Source of the DNA: Thalia democratica
Lineage: Eukaryota
Direction: 5' to 3'
Assembly (NCBI GenBank): GCA_965202585.1
Contig: OZ241826.1
Span: 43,710,001 to 43,774,000, forward strand
Length of the DNA: 64,000 bases
The position numbers and the translations under genes are program-made. The stretch's first letter is position 1. Each line of letters begins with the position of its first letter. Shown here in pieces: positions 12,501 to 25,060 of the stretch. Under the pieces are notes generated by a model. That model worked only from the letters and a program-made list of their open reading frames with translations, did no database searches and was not told the DNA's origin.

Positions 12501-15500
12501 TTATTCGTGAACAAACTGTTAATTGACTAATTATAAAGTCATATGCGCTAAACTTTTTAATTTTGACGGCTGTAAGTATAAAATTATTAATTTTAAACAC
12601 TAAAATTATAAAAAGGTTTTGTTTATAATCTTAATTTTTCTATTGAAAAAGCAGTAAACATTTAGAAAACTTAGCTAAAAATATTTTGATTGTTTAGCCC
12701 AAACTTTATGTAAAGGTGCTAAAAAAAATAAAAAAAATTCTAAAGCTTAAACTGTTAACACAACTTACTTTAAGAAGAATCAAAACAACATTTAAACCTA
12801 GCAGATCGATTATATTAAGTGGTCCCTTGAAAAATTTCCATCTGTTGGGTGAGGAGGCGAGCCGGAGGACGTACTCCATGGTGAACCAGGCGATGCACAC
12901 CCCCTCCACGTGCACCAAATGAGGATTGTCCTTGTCAGGTTCTGACGTAATAAAAGCATTTTGCATATTTTCTTAATTTGTAAAAACTTTAGCTTAAACT
13001 CACTACTTGCTTAAGTTTAATGAAATAAAAAAGTTTTGCCGGTTAGCCTTGTCCGGTTCTTGAAAAACATCCCATACTTTATTAATTTATTTTAGTTTAC
13101 TATAACCAAAGTTTAAATACCTTACTAGCACTTATTTTGAATTGAAATCGTAAACTATCATCGCAGTCATTGATAGTTTAGTCCTAACAATTTTTTTGAA
13201 AAAATCAATGAAAGTTACAAGGTTAATTTTATTAGCTGCGTTGCTGATTAAAAAGTGTTCATAGTGCCAATTTACGCTACAAATCATGGAGTTGTAAGTA
13301 ATACGCAGTAATTTCGAACGGATGATCTTACAAAAATAAGCAAAAGTTAATTCTACCAGAAATCCGTTACTCAAGCAAATGGCAAGACAGAAAAAATCGA
13401 TAAACTTATTAAGAAAAATGTCTGACTCTGTAAACATCACAACGCGAATTTATCATAAGAATTACTTTGCACCTTTTTTTTTGAATGTTACTAGAGTATT
13501 TTGTGTCGTGGTGATAGAGATTTCGCCAGTAGATTAGCAGATTTTTTTTTTGTTACAAACCTTACTAAAATTTTATTTGAAAGTGAGAAAAACCGTTGTG
13601 TAAATTATATTATTCTTTTTAACTGCTTTCTTCAACTGTTTAAGCTAACTAATTAAGCATGATGTCATACAACTGCTATTTTGACTAGAAAAATTAATAA
13701 CGTTCTTCAAATAAAACAATAAAACAAGTAAGCAATGTTAAAAGATAAAGTAAAAATATATAATTGCAAAAATATATCAGCTTAACTAATTGTATATGTA
13801 AAACTAGTTGGACAAAAATTTTTATTTTCAAAACTGATCAAGTTGGAACTACAAAACTATAAAAACAACAATAATAAGCTTTTTAATAATAAATAACAAG
13901 TTTATTTCACCTGCAAACTCTTTCATTGTATTAAGAGTCAGTGCAACAGTTGACAGAACGATGAAAAGGATCGATATAATGGCTATTATCTGCAAATTGT
14001 TATGTTTTACTTTCTATCCTTAATATAATACTTAATTCGAAACGTTATTTTAAGTTTTTTATTATATAAACTTTAACATGAAAGTGTAAAAAGCAAGCAC
14101 TTGGTAAAAATTATCTTTTATGTGCAGTAACGTTTTGTTAAAAAAACAAACTTTAGCAGCTTTCGACGACGAAGGCTTCTCCATCAAGTCCCAGATCATT
14201 TTCCTCGTTTTGGCGAAGTACATCCCTCTGAAGTCGTCTCCCTGCTGCTCTCTCAACGCGTCCGTTTCTCTTCTGCGACAAAGTGGAAATGCTTTTCACA
14301 AAAAAAAAAAATTAAGTAAAACAGAGTCAAGTAGTAGACTGGACAAAAGTTTTTTTTTTTTCCAGTGGCTTTGTTGAAAAACTTGCTGTAACAAAATGAG
14401 GCGAGTTTTGTAAAAACCAAGTGAAACTAACTTTTGCTCGTCGAGCAGTTGGTCCTTGCGTTGGTGGTACCTTCCTGTTTAACATACAAGAAAGTTTTAA
14501 TATAACTCAGGAGCAAAATGTTTAACAAAAGAATATTTCATATACGTTCGTGCGAGCGTGCAGACAACAAAAAGGGCAGAGATGAAAAGAACTCAAGTTG
14601 AAAGCAATTTCGTCCTTTTAATTATTCATATACGCGTTATTCTTCTCCCGTCAATTCTTTGCAACTTTACCTTTTTTGCTGTTTGCGGTTAACCAGCATA
14701 ATGCACTTTTGTAATAAGCCCGAGATTTAGCTGTTTTTTTCAGCCTAAAGCCCCCTTTTTCGACTCGTTTGTTTTTCTGAGCTGGGCGTTTACCTTTGTT
14801 TACTGGAAACGCAAATTTTGAATATTCTGACGCGCAGATAATGATTTAATTGCAACAAAATCTTTTAAACGTTTTTTTTGCAGTAAAATCTTAAACGAAC
14901 AACGTGTTTTATTAAAATGAGAACTTCTCAACTGTAGATACTTTACTATCTACTTATCATAATAGTCTAAAAAACTTAACACTTAGATTAAAACAAAAAA
15001 ACAAGCTCACCTTGACAGCAGGTTTCTATATATATGTCTTCGATCCCCCAATAATTAAGCTCAGTGCTGAAAGCGATGGCGCACAATTCCTCTGGCATGT
15101 GCAGCTTTCCCGTCCTACGAGGTTACTTTTAAAATAAATGTATGCGTGAAAAATTTAAAGCTTTGTAAAGAGCAGACGAAAAGACGAAAAATGATATTAT
15201 CTAGAAAAGTTTGTTTTCAGTGCACAAACGGTTGCTTTGCTTGACAAACTCGAAATTCGTTGCAGCCTGTTTGCTATACAAACTAAGACGCTCGCTAAAC
15301 AGAGTGTTATGCAGAGTGAGCTTAATTAATTAACTTCGGCTTGCCAAAAAACGGGTGTAAATTTTCTCTTCTTATGTTGCGTATTAAACTAATATGCAGC
15401 TTGAGAAGAAAAAGCAGCTTCAAATGACACTTTTGCATTGCTCTTTTACTATACATAGGACCTTGCTCGCAAGGGACCTTCACGTCGGTACAAAACAAAC

Positions 15501-18500
15501 AGTTACGAGTTGCGTCGCTTAACAAGTTGAAAATACATCCGACGTAACCCTACGCAAAAGACTGTCGAGCGTGTAGGTGTAGGTCATTAAGCCGGCTTAG
15601 TATTAATACCACGGATGACGTTTTGCCTTATTGTTACGTCATATAGGCAGTACAATTTAATCTCTGTAAACATTTGGTATTTCGGTATAAGCGCTTGTTG
15701 ATATGTAAGAGTTCTAAAAATATTAATTTAATTATAAGTTTACAATAATTAATTAACTATTAATTTCTTAATTTCTGTATTTTATATTCATATACTTTTA
15801 CTTCTATTTTTTAAATGTAAGTTTTAAACTAAAAAAAAATAGTTCACACAACTACTAAAACTTTTAAATATAATTGAAAAAATAATATACTATTGCTGTT
15901 AATAGAATATTATTATGAAATAATATTCAAATGTTTAGCTTTTTGTAGTAATTTTAATTACTTGTTCTTTAATGTTCTTTTTTTGTTTCACTTAGAAAAC
16001 ACCACCAACAAACTTTTAGAAGTTATTAGTGTTTTTTTATTTATGAATAGTTACTAAAATCTAGTTTCACAGATTAAATATAAAAATATGTTTAATGTGA
16101 AAACACTTTTTAAATTAAGACTTATCAAATTAGTTCACAAATTCAGTACACTTTGTGATAGTTGTATCAAATAAGTTCACATTAAAAATAGTTTGTTAAT
16201 AAAACTTCTTACATTTTACAAGCTTTTTGTAAAAGTTTATCAAATTATTAATAAAGTTAAAGAAGTTTTTGGAAAACCCTGTTGCCTAGTTTATCAAACA
16301 AAGCAGTCAAAAGTAAAATAATATCTGTAAAATTTGTTTACTCGATTAAAATTTTAGTAAGACTATGTTTTACTTATCAAAAGAATTGACAAAAATACTG
16401 AAGTTCTTTAGGAAAGTCTGTCGTCAAGTTTGAAAAAAGTAAACAGGTTGAAAAATCACCTGTAAAAGTTGAGTATTGGGGCGAATGCGTGGGGGTGCCG
16501 GTCGAAGAAGAACTCGTTGGTTTCCAGGTTGAAGTCGTCGCATAGTTGCAGCAACTCCTTCCTGGTCTTGCACCTCTGCAACTGTCCCAACCTCGTCATG
16601 GGCATCCTGTCAAGTGTCATCCATCGCACCTGGTAATATTTGAAATTGAAAAATAGTAGTATATATACACTTTTAAAGGCTCTAGGAGTTAATTTGGTTT
16701 TTATTTTAGTATAAGCTAGTCATCCATCGTACTTTTTTGTTTAATTATATTTATGCATTTATCTTCATTTATATTTGTATATAAATGTAGTTTTTAACAG
16801 TAAATGTAGTTAAGTGTTCTTATCTTGCTTGAAAAGTCAACATTTAAAGTTTAAAGTATATTGAGTTAAGCAAATTGATGACAGAGGTTTTTATGAAATC
16901 AGGGATTAAATATACAGACCAATAAAAACTGTTTGCTTGTAAATTTTGTTTTGTTTAAACGTAAAACAATAAGGCAATAGAGTCTAAATAAAAAAATATT
17001 AGCTGTTATTCTATTTTAAAATATTCTTAAATCAAATCGACTCTCTAGCCTGTACTGAGCTTGTTATAAATCTTTATGAGAGGTTTTATGTTTATTTGTA
17101 AACTTATTTTCGTAATCACTTTTGTAACGATTGTAAAAAAAATCAAACAGTCGCTAAATCCAACGTTCATCTCATTAAAAAATAATTAAAGCGATTAAGC
17201 CGACGCGCGGACTTTAATTGGGCAAAACAATTTCGAACATAATCTCTAAACAGTCAGAATTAGCCTTAATAAGCTTCTTAAAAAGCAATTAAAAAAGCCA
17301 GAGCAGAACTTCGCGTGACTCCCGTGCAGAGATGATTTCAAACTTCTACCTTTGCGACTTTATGCAGAAGAAATGCTTTTACAAAACGCACACACACACA
17401 CACAGAGGATCAATAACTCATTTCGGTTAGCAAACTTCTGCGGCCTCTCCATTCATTAGAGTGTTTTGACATTTACATCGCTCAGTGGGCGGAATTTCAC
17501 GGCAGCAAGTCGACTTTAAAGTTTGAACTTGTAAAAAAACAACCTTAAACTGCGAGCGAACGCGCTTGATTCGGTTGCGCGAGCGGCCCAATTAAGCCCT
17601 TTAATTAGCGCGCCCTTTGCAAGCTAATTGGCACACACAGAGCGGAAAGTTAGAAGATTGCATAAGAAGGAAAGGGAACAGTTTGTTTGCAGCGGGGAAA
17701 CTGAGGCATATGGCGCGGGTTCTCGTACGAAGCATGAAGTTTGTAAGAATCGATGTCGCTACATGATCTTGAGCTCGGCCGGCCAACTATGAAGTCAATG
17801 CAATGCGATGAGGCTACTCTGCTGTTTGTGTGTTGTTTTGATGGTCGGTCGCGTAAATGAAAAGTGGTGATAAAAGAACTGTTTTTAAACTTCAGGGTTA
17901 ACTAGATTAAAAAACAGGCTTATAAATTTCAAGCTTATAATATTTAAGCTTAGATTTTTTTTGTTTTTTTATAACCGGCAAACAGTTGTAGCTTTATTTA
18001 AATAAAAATACGATCAAAATTAAACTTTGCAATGTTTTGTTATCAAGTCATTATTTTTCTGATGTTTATTTAAAATGAATAACAATTTATCTGTATGCTT
18101 AAAACACGTGTTGTAAGAATTTTACTTGAATTTGTATGCATACAATACAAACGATGAATCGATAACACAAGTAGAGACTACTTATATAATTTTAGCAGGC
18201 ATTTTTGATCTATATTGATCAACTTGTCAAGTCGGATGAAAAACATTTACTGTCAACAAAGTAGTAAAACATTAAAATGCATTATTTGTTTATTACTTAA
18301 AACAATATATGAGTTTATGTAAGTGGTTTTTAAAGCATTTATTAAACTTTTATATGCACTTACGCTTAAAAGCTTTTGTTGTCATTATCTAGCAAGAATT
18401 AGAAAAAAAACACTTTAACTCATAATAAAAATATTTATTCTTTGCTGATAAGTTATGTAAACTTGACGTATAAATTTATTTTTTAATAATTAAGCAACTT

Positions 18501-21500
18501 AATAGTACGATGGTCTACAACCAAGTTTGCTCAAAAATTCTTTAGTTTAAAAGTTATCTTAAGTAGAGTATATATATAGAGAAAAATTCCTTTCAAAAAG
18601 AAGCACTGTGCAGACCAAAACTTCCAAAGAGTATTATTCAACAGTTCTCAGCAACAAAAATACCCTAAAGCGTAACTGTACCAGCAGTGTTGGAATGGTC
18701 TCGATCGTTGGTCGGCTTCCAACGCAGCACGATCGATGCTGATTAGTCACGTGACCTGCATTCAACTCAAAACGCGTCTCAGTTTCGCTGCATCGTTGAC
18801 GGTTTGCCATCAGAGTTAGCGAAAAGTGGAAAATCAGCAGGCAGGTTTCGTGCCAGACAGCGCAGAAGGCTCGGCAAAGTTTTTTGACTTTCCACTAAAT
18901 CCTGGTGTAACGAAGCAGCAGGAAAAAGCATGCTCGGCTGATAACATGCGCTATCTAGTCTAATAAAAAGTTTTCTTGCAGTTGTTTCAAAGTAATTAGG
19001 TAATGAAAATCAGCCAGTGATTTAATCACCGAAAGCAAGCTCTCAGTCTAAAGCTGATAAGTAATATTTTCTAATTAAAAGAACAAAAAAAACTCACCTC
19101 GTGCACGACTCCGCCAACGTTGAGCTTTACACGCTTCAGCGGTTCCACCAGCTGATTGGCCGGTTTGTCGTTGGATGAGGGGAAACTCCCCGTGGCGGAA
19201 GCGGTGTTGAGGCGGATGTCGTCGCCGAAATTCCCCGCGAACGCAACGGGCTTGCTCATTCTTTTGTCCCTGTGTTTTTTGTTTGTTTTATTGCAAGGTT
19301 TTTATTACATTAATTTTTATTATACAACATTTAGTTTTTGATAATAAAAAAATGGGTTGGTTTACCTTCTAATTGATTTCCTTTTCATTTGTTAAGATAA
19401 AATGCAAATTTCTTTTCAAATTTAAGGGCTAAAGTTGTTTTTTAAAACTTAATGTTTTTTTGAGTGTTTGTAGAATTTTTACGCCTAAATATTTTTTTTC
19501 GGATCAAACAAGTTATAAGTTTATATAAATGCATCTTTAAAAGGATGTTTTCAAGATTAGGTATTAATATTTAAAAAAATATTCGTAAAAAACATATTTT
19601 ACTCATCTACTTGTAAAATGAAATAAAAGTTAAGTTTTTTTATTAGAAAATAAAAATTTTAATATCAAGTTTAATGTATATATATAAAGTTAAAAAACTA
19701 AACTTAAAAATTTAAATATAATTTTTTTTTCATAGGATATTGACTTTTATAAAAATTAAAACATTAGTAAACACAAGTCTATAATATTATTCAAGAGGCC
19801 ATTAACAATTTTGATAAACACTTATATTTATTTTATAATTACAAAACATTTGAGTTTTATTTTGTAGGCAGTCCTAAATTATACAAGTCAGAGGTGCTAC
19901 TTAACCACTGTATACTATTATAAAACAAAAAAATCATATTTCTAGTTTACAGTATCAAAGCTTAACAACTCACTTAATATAAATGACGTAGTAATTACTA
20001 CTAATTACAAAACTGATTTTGAGAACTAATGAATAATAATTATAATTGTTTATGTGTAAAATTTCGAAGATGATTAAAAACGGTTTTAAACGCCATCGTG
20101 ACTGCAAAGTGACCTGGATTTAATTTTTATTCATATTGATTCGCAGCAAAAACTAAAATCAATCAACTATTACTACTACTTATTTGAAAAGACAAAAGCC
20201 AAGTTGCTACACTGAACAGTTTTGCTAACATATTTGTTTTGTTGTTTATTTATTTTATAGTTTAGTAATAATTGATCAACATGTTTGTTTAAAAAGTATC
20301 AATAAGTACATCATATTAAATTGGAATTTGTGCTGAAATAAACAAGTTTAATTTTTTTTTTCATGTACAAAAAAGTTGAGTCGAACAGTTGTCTTCATAT
20401 CAAAAGTAGTTGATAGCTCTTTTAGTTTAAAAAATCTAAACAGTAAAAATTATAAAAAAAGAACTGTACTCTACATGTACTAAACTAAAAATAACTTAAC
20501 TTATATAAATGCAAACGTATTCAGCAGGTTTATGATATAATATATCTCTGAAAAATAAATAAAAAATTTTTAAACGGAAAACGTTTATATGGTCTATTTT
20601 ATTTGATTGCTTATGAGAGAATATGTAGGCTAAAAGCTGTAAATAAAGTAACCGCAAATTTAAAACAAAGTAATTAAAAAATGTCGATGAATGAAAAATA
20701 TGCTGATATTTAAATTAAAAAGTTCTGTTTTGAGAAAATAAAGAAAATGACAACAAAAACTAATTACATGCGTCGTTATTGTAAAGCTTTATACTATAGA
20801 TTTGCTTATATATCTCATTAAAGTTTTTCTTTTCGTTTTCTATAATATTAAATTATAGTCTTTTTCAAATTAAAAATCAAATAATCATCAGTATAAAATC
20901 CTTAAAAACTAATGAAAAAAAAAGTTAATACTATTTCAATAAAAAAAAAACAAAAATCAAAAAAAAAATTGTCTATAAAATAAAAACAAAACGCCTACAC
21001 TAGCTTTTTTTCTTTTCTATTATTATCGCAACGAAGATTTATCTTTATTGTGTCAAAAATTAAACAAGAAAAAATATATTCAAGTGTAAAAAGACTTGTT
21101 GATCTGAAGGTTTAAAAAGATTCTGTTAGGTTTGTGTATACATTGTGTATAAGCATATGTTTTTATTAAAAAAAGTATAAATATGATTCAAAATATTTTT
21201 AAATCAAAAAGCTATAAACTAATATTTTTTTGTCACAGTAAAACAGACTTCGGATAAATAAGTAAAATAAGAAAAATTCATAAGTTTTATTTAAAGTGGC
21301 AAATTAAAATTTTATTAATAAAGCTTAGCTCTCTATGGCTTTTGTAGTAACATTTAAAAAAGAACTAGTTAAAAACATACTTAATTTAAGTTCATAAGAA
21401 AAAAATAATGTTTTAAGTAGATGTGAAAAACGAAAAGTATTGTTAATACATACTGAAATATCTAATTAGCTTTGATGTTTTAACATGGCATACTTTGAAA

Positions 21501-23140
21501 GTTTTGCAGTTTGCAGACAAGACTATTGTTTTCAAATATACTTTGTCCTAGAAAAAAAAGTTTAAAAAATACATTTATTACTTCTTGGATTTTAATTGTA
21601 TGACATACAAACCGGAAAAACAAATTTTTATTTTTATTTTTAGAATGAGGCAACGTAGATGCTTAAAAATAAATAATGTATGTTGGACTTGATAGTTAAG
21701 TTTTTTAAAATGTTTTCGTAACAGGTAAGGTATAGGCTTTTCAATCACAATATTGAATACTTAAATTTTTGTCATGCTTTAAACGTACAGTTGCCAAAAC
21801 TTTGAACTTTGAGTGCTGAGAAGAAAAAATTAATTAACAAAGTGTGTTTTTAGACTTAAGAAAATTAAAGGATTAACAGTGGTTAAGCCAACCTTTAACT
21901 TTTTTAACATTTAGCTATTTGAAAACTTTAAAAAATGTGACTTATATTGACTAGAATAGTTTTTCTAAGATGAAATACTTTGTTTATTTTTAATAACGCT
22001 AAAATTAAAATATTTTATTCCTAAGTTTAGTAATTATTTTGAAACATCTGACAATAAACATGTGTTTAAAATATTATTCCGGTAGTTAATTTACTAACGG
22101 TAGTTAGCTTTAAAACAAACATAAAACCAAGTAGTGGTATGCACAAGTCTGTAGTTTTACAAAAAATAAATTAACACAAAACAAAATTACTAATGTAATT
22201 TTAATGTAATCTCAACAAACAGCCTGCTGCCAGATTGGGTCAGCTCGGTAATTCATATCACTGCTTTATTGCCAGCAAGAGGTCACGCTGGCCATTAGCG
22301 GCCAGCGAGCAAATTAATATTAATAACTTCCTTCCTCAAACAAAAACAAACAAAACGCTGACAACGAACCTGAAGTAGTCGCGGACCCGGTCGTCCCCGT
22401 ACCTTTCGCACGCGCCCACGTCGAACGACACGCTGCTTCCGATCATTTTGTGACGTCACCAACACCTCACAAGCTCGTAACACTGCGCGCTGCGATGAGC
22501 TAATCAAGGATTCGGCGACGTCGGTCCGCTGATATAGCGCGCTGCAAGGCTGGTTGCTGCTAGCTACCGTTGCTAGTGGCAACATGCAGAGCGCGAGAGC
22601 AGCTTGTGGTGAGAATGCGGGGAGAAGCTGGTGACGTCATCGTAATTTATACATTTGCTCATTATTGTCGCTTGCCGCGTGCCAGCAATGCCAATAATCA
22701 GTTATTTTTGTGATAGCAGTTCCGAAAAGTAATCAAAAAAAAAGTTATCGTCATTTTTTACGACTTTGCACGTTTTTTTATTTTCAAAACGATTTTATCA
22801 AACTTACGATTGAAAAATAAAAAATTGAACATTTTCAGATTCAAGTGCATTTAATTTACTGCTGTTAATTCTTTTAAACTCACCCTAGCAGGCTCCGAGT
22901 CAGGGCCCCGCCTAATTTTTTAACCGAAAAACTTTTAATCCTTTTTCTTCTTTTTTCCTCGCATTTTTCATGTGACACCTGAATTTTGGGCACTTTCAAG
23001 TTGGAATGGGTCCCTTCGTTATTGTTAGGGGCGCTCAAGTTGTTATTGCGCCAAGCTTGCTCCTCCACCACAAAATCAGGAGTTTTAGAAGGTTTTCTGG
23101 ATCTCAGTGGTTCTGAAGTCGACGGGCCAAATTTAAACAT
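6552..23140 (-). CDS. KCNB (Shab): Voltage-gated K+ channel, Kv2/Shab family, ~925 aa. Exons: 23140-22884, 19269-19098, 16629-16460, 15114-15011, 14474-14432, 14272-14152, 13989-13911, 12941-12798, 12446-12212, 9891-9764, 9234-9035, 8739-8675, 7922-7765, 7512-7021, 6961-6552
   Basis: T1 domain ([20 protein letters not shown]-x5-C-x20-CC), S1-S6 with S4 [14 protein letters not shown], filter TVGYGD, PIP gate, Kv2-type [16 protein letters not shown] and C-terminal [11 protein letters not shown]. All introns are GT-AG with matching phases (2778 nt total). The first coding exon and the low-complexity C-terminal exons are less certain than the core. Confidence 0.93.
14500..15650. promoter_or_regulatory. 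CpG-rich intronic segments flanking Kv2 exon 4 (candidate enhancers)
   Basis: Non-coding patches at about 14500-14900 and 15150-15650 are CpG-rich against a very AT-rich intron background, with no coherent ORF. Confidence 0.35.
17190..17870. promoter_or_regulatory. CpG-rich intronic island with clustered homeodomain-type TAAT/ATTA sites
   Basis: taattg, caatta, taatta and ctaattg lie within GC-rich sequence at about 17215 and 17589-17630 in Kv2 intron 2. Confidence 0.4.
17389..17404. repeat. (CA)8 microsatellite
   Basis: Direct read of the sequence. Confidence 0.9.
18670..19050. promoter_or_regulatory. CpG-rich island containing the palindromic E-box GTCACGTGAC (18746-18755)
   Basis: The motif is read directly, and the region is CpG-rich and non-coding at the start of Kv2 intron 2. 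Confidence 0.35.
22220..22720 (-). promoter_or_regulatory. CpG island with an RFX X-box and two full CRE sites; candidate internal Kv2 promoter
   Basis: GTTGCTAGTGGCAAC (22569-22583) and TGACGTCA (22451-22458 and 22632-22639). Candidate donors on the minus strand at 22470 (GTGAGG) and 22402 (GTACGG). Confidence 0.45.
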
Positions 23141-24499
23141 TGCTCACATAATATCTGGTCGTTTGATATTTTTAAAAAAAATTCTTTACGACAAAATTTT
23201 CAGCTTTTAAGGAAACTTATAAACGTTTTACTGAACTGTATCCAAGCTACACACTTTTTAGTTTATAAATAACACAAACAAAAATAATCCTCTGAAAATT
23301 AATAAATTTTTTAACTAAAAGTAAAGAACACAAAGTTTATTATTTTGTTTAACTTGGAAGTTGCACACTAGTACCATTTTCTAGTAAAATATTCTATAAG
23401 ATAGACAAAGAACGTCTAAATATTTAATGATATAACGAAAGAAAGCTAGTTCTTAAAACTGTCTATAACTAAAACAACATTACTAATAAGCATTTTGTCA
23501 GAATTTACAAAAAAATACTACCGGAAAAAATTCCATATATGGTCTAACTCTGTTTAAAAATTTATAAAGACTTAAAGTGTAACATTAGAATTAAAAATTT
23601 TTGCCAAATTAACATCATTAGAATGTAGAGTAGAATTTCTTAATACTTAAATGTAACAGTTTATAAAAAAAAAGATAATAGAGTAAATAAATTTTTCGAC
23701 CTTATTGAATTTTATTTGAGGTTTTATAGTTAAATACATTTAAAAAAAAAATTTTTTACTTCTAAATTCTATGGCTTTGTTTACATTTTCAATGAGAAAT
23801 TTTTGAATATGTGTAAAAATTATTTTTTTGTAGAAAAAATCTTAAAAACTTCTTTTAATTATAAAAACAAAGAACATTACAATTCAAGTGACTTATTTAT
23901 CACTTAAAAAGTCTGTGAAGGAGAGCAAAGTTTTAAAAATTTAATAAGTAAATGAAAATGCTAAATAATTATGATTAGTTTTTATATAAAAGAAAAAAGA
24001 AAATAGGTACTAAACCTTAAAAAAGCATGCAGAATGTTCGATAATAAAATTTAAAACTTTATACATTTAATTTTAATAAACAAATCTAAAATACCATATA
24101 GCTTAAAAAAAAAAAGAAAACGTACACAGGAAAAAAAAAAGTTTTATATCAAATACTGTTTCTTGATGCGATAAAATTCAACCAAATTAAAAAACATCAG
24201 AGAAAAAAGTGAAACCCTGGGGGACCTTCATGCAAACAGCATCCAACTAGGATCAACTCGCCTTTTTAATTTTGTGCCAATGAACATTTGAAACTGCTAT
24301 TTACAACTTGAACGGTCTGGAACTAATTAGCTAGTTTCAAACTTCTAACATTGAAAGTTCTAACATTTATTTAATTGATTTTTTCTCGAAATCAAACAAC
24401 AAATTTTAATTGCATGAGAAAATTAACAATCAAAACTATGCACAAAGTTTTATCACAAAAAAATAGCTGAATAAACAAAAGCACGTAATAATAACAACG

Positions 24500-25060
24500 C
24501 AAACAGCCGTTCTTTTTCCTTTGATATCACACACGCACTATAGTATGGATTACCAACTCCGAATTTTTTATTCCGTTTTTTCTTTTCAACCTGTCTTTCT
24601 GCTTCTCCGCCGACGTCGCACGGCTGCTTCCCTTCTAGTTATACTTAGAAGCACTACGCAGACGACGCAATTCAAATGCTTTTTATTTCGCGTTTAATTT
24701 CTTGCTGCCGCCTTTTCCCTTCTTCTTCAGCTTGAAAGGTGCTTCCAGCTGCGCGCAGCCACCTTCAATAATTCATGGCATCGCGAGCTCGATTTCGCAG
24801 TTGGCTTTTTGCGGCGCCGTTGTGCAAAAAAAAAAAAAGTTAATTTGAGGTCGAAACGCGGGGGCCTTTCAATTAGGCAGGGGGCCTCGTCGACGTTACG
24901 AACCGATTCGAACGCGATTCGGGTGTATGACGCAATAATGCCATCCGATGACACGCGGGTCAAGTGTTTGGGATTGATGGAAAGCCGAAAAGCTCTCTTA
25001 AAAGTTTGTTCTTGTGACCTTTGCTCGGTTAATTGTTTGTAAGTGGGGTTGAGATACTCG
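24500..25060. promoter_or_regulatory. CpG-rich non-coding island in the Kv2 5' region
   Basis: Local CpG/GC enrichment; the ORFs here have no recognisable product. Confidence 0.35.

Noticed and set aside
13132-13440. 102-aa same-strand ORF in Kv2 intron 7
   Set aside because: No similarity to channel segments or any known family, and no phase-compatible splice sites identified.
22295-22585. 96-aa ORF in the CpG island
   Set aside because: Out of frame with Kv2 at both candidate donors and explained by local GC richness.
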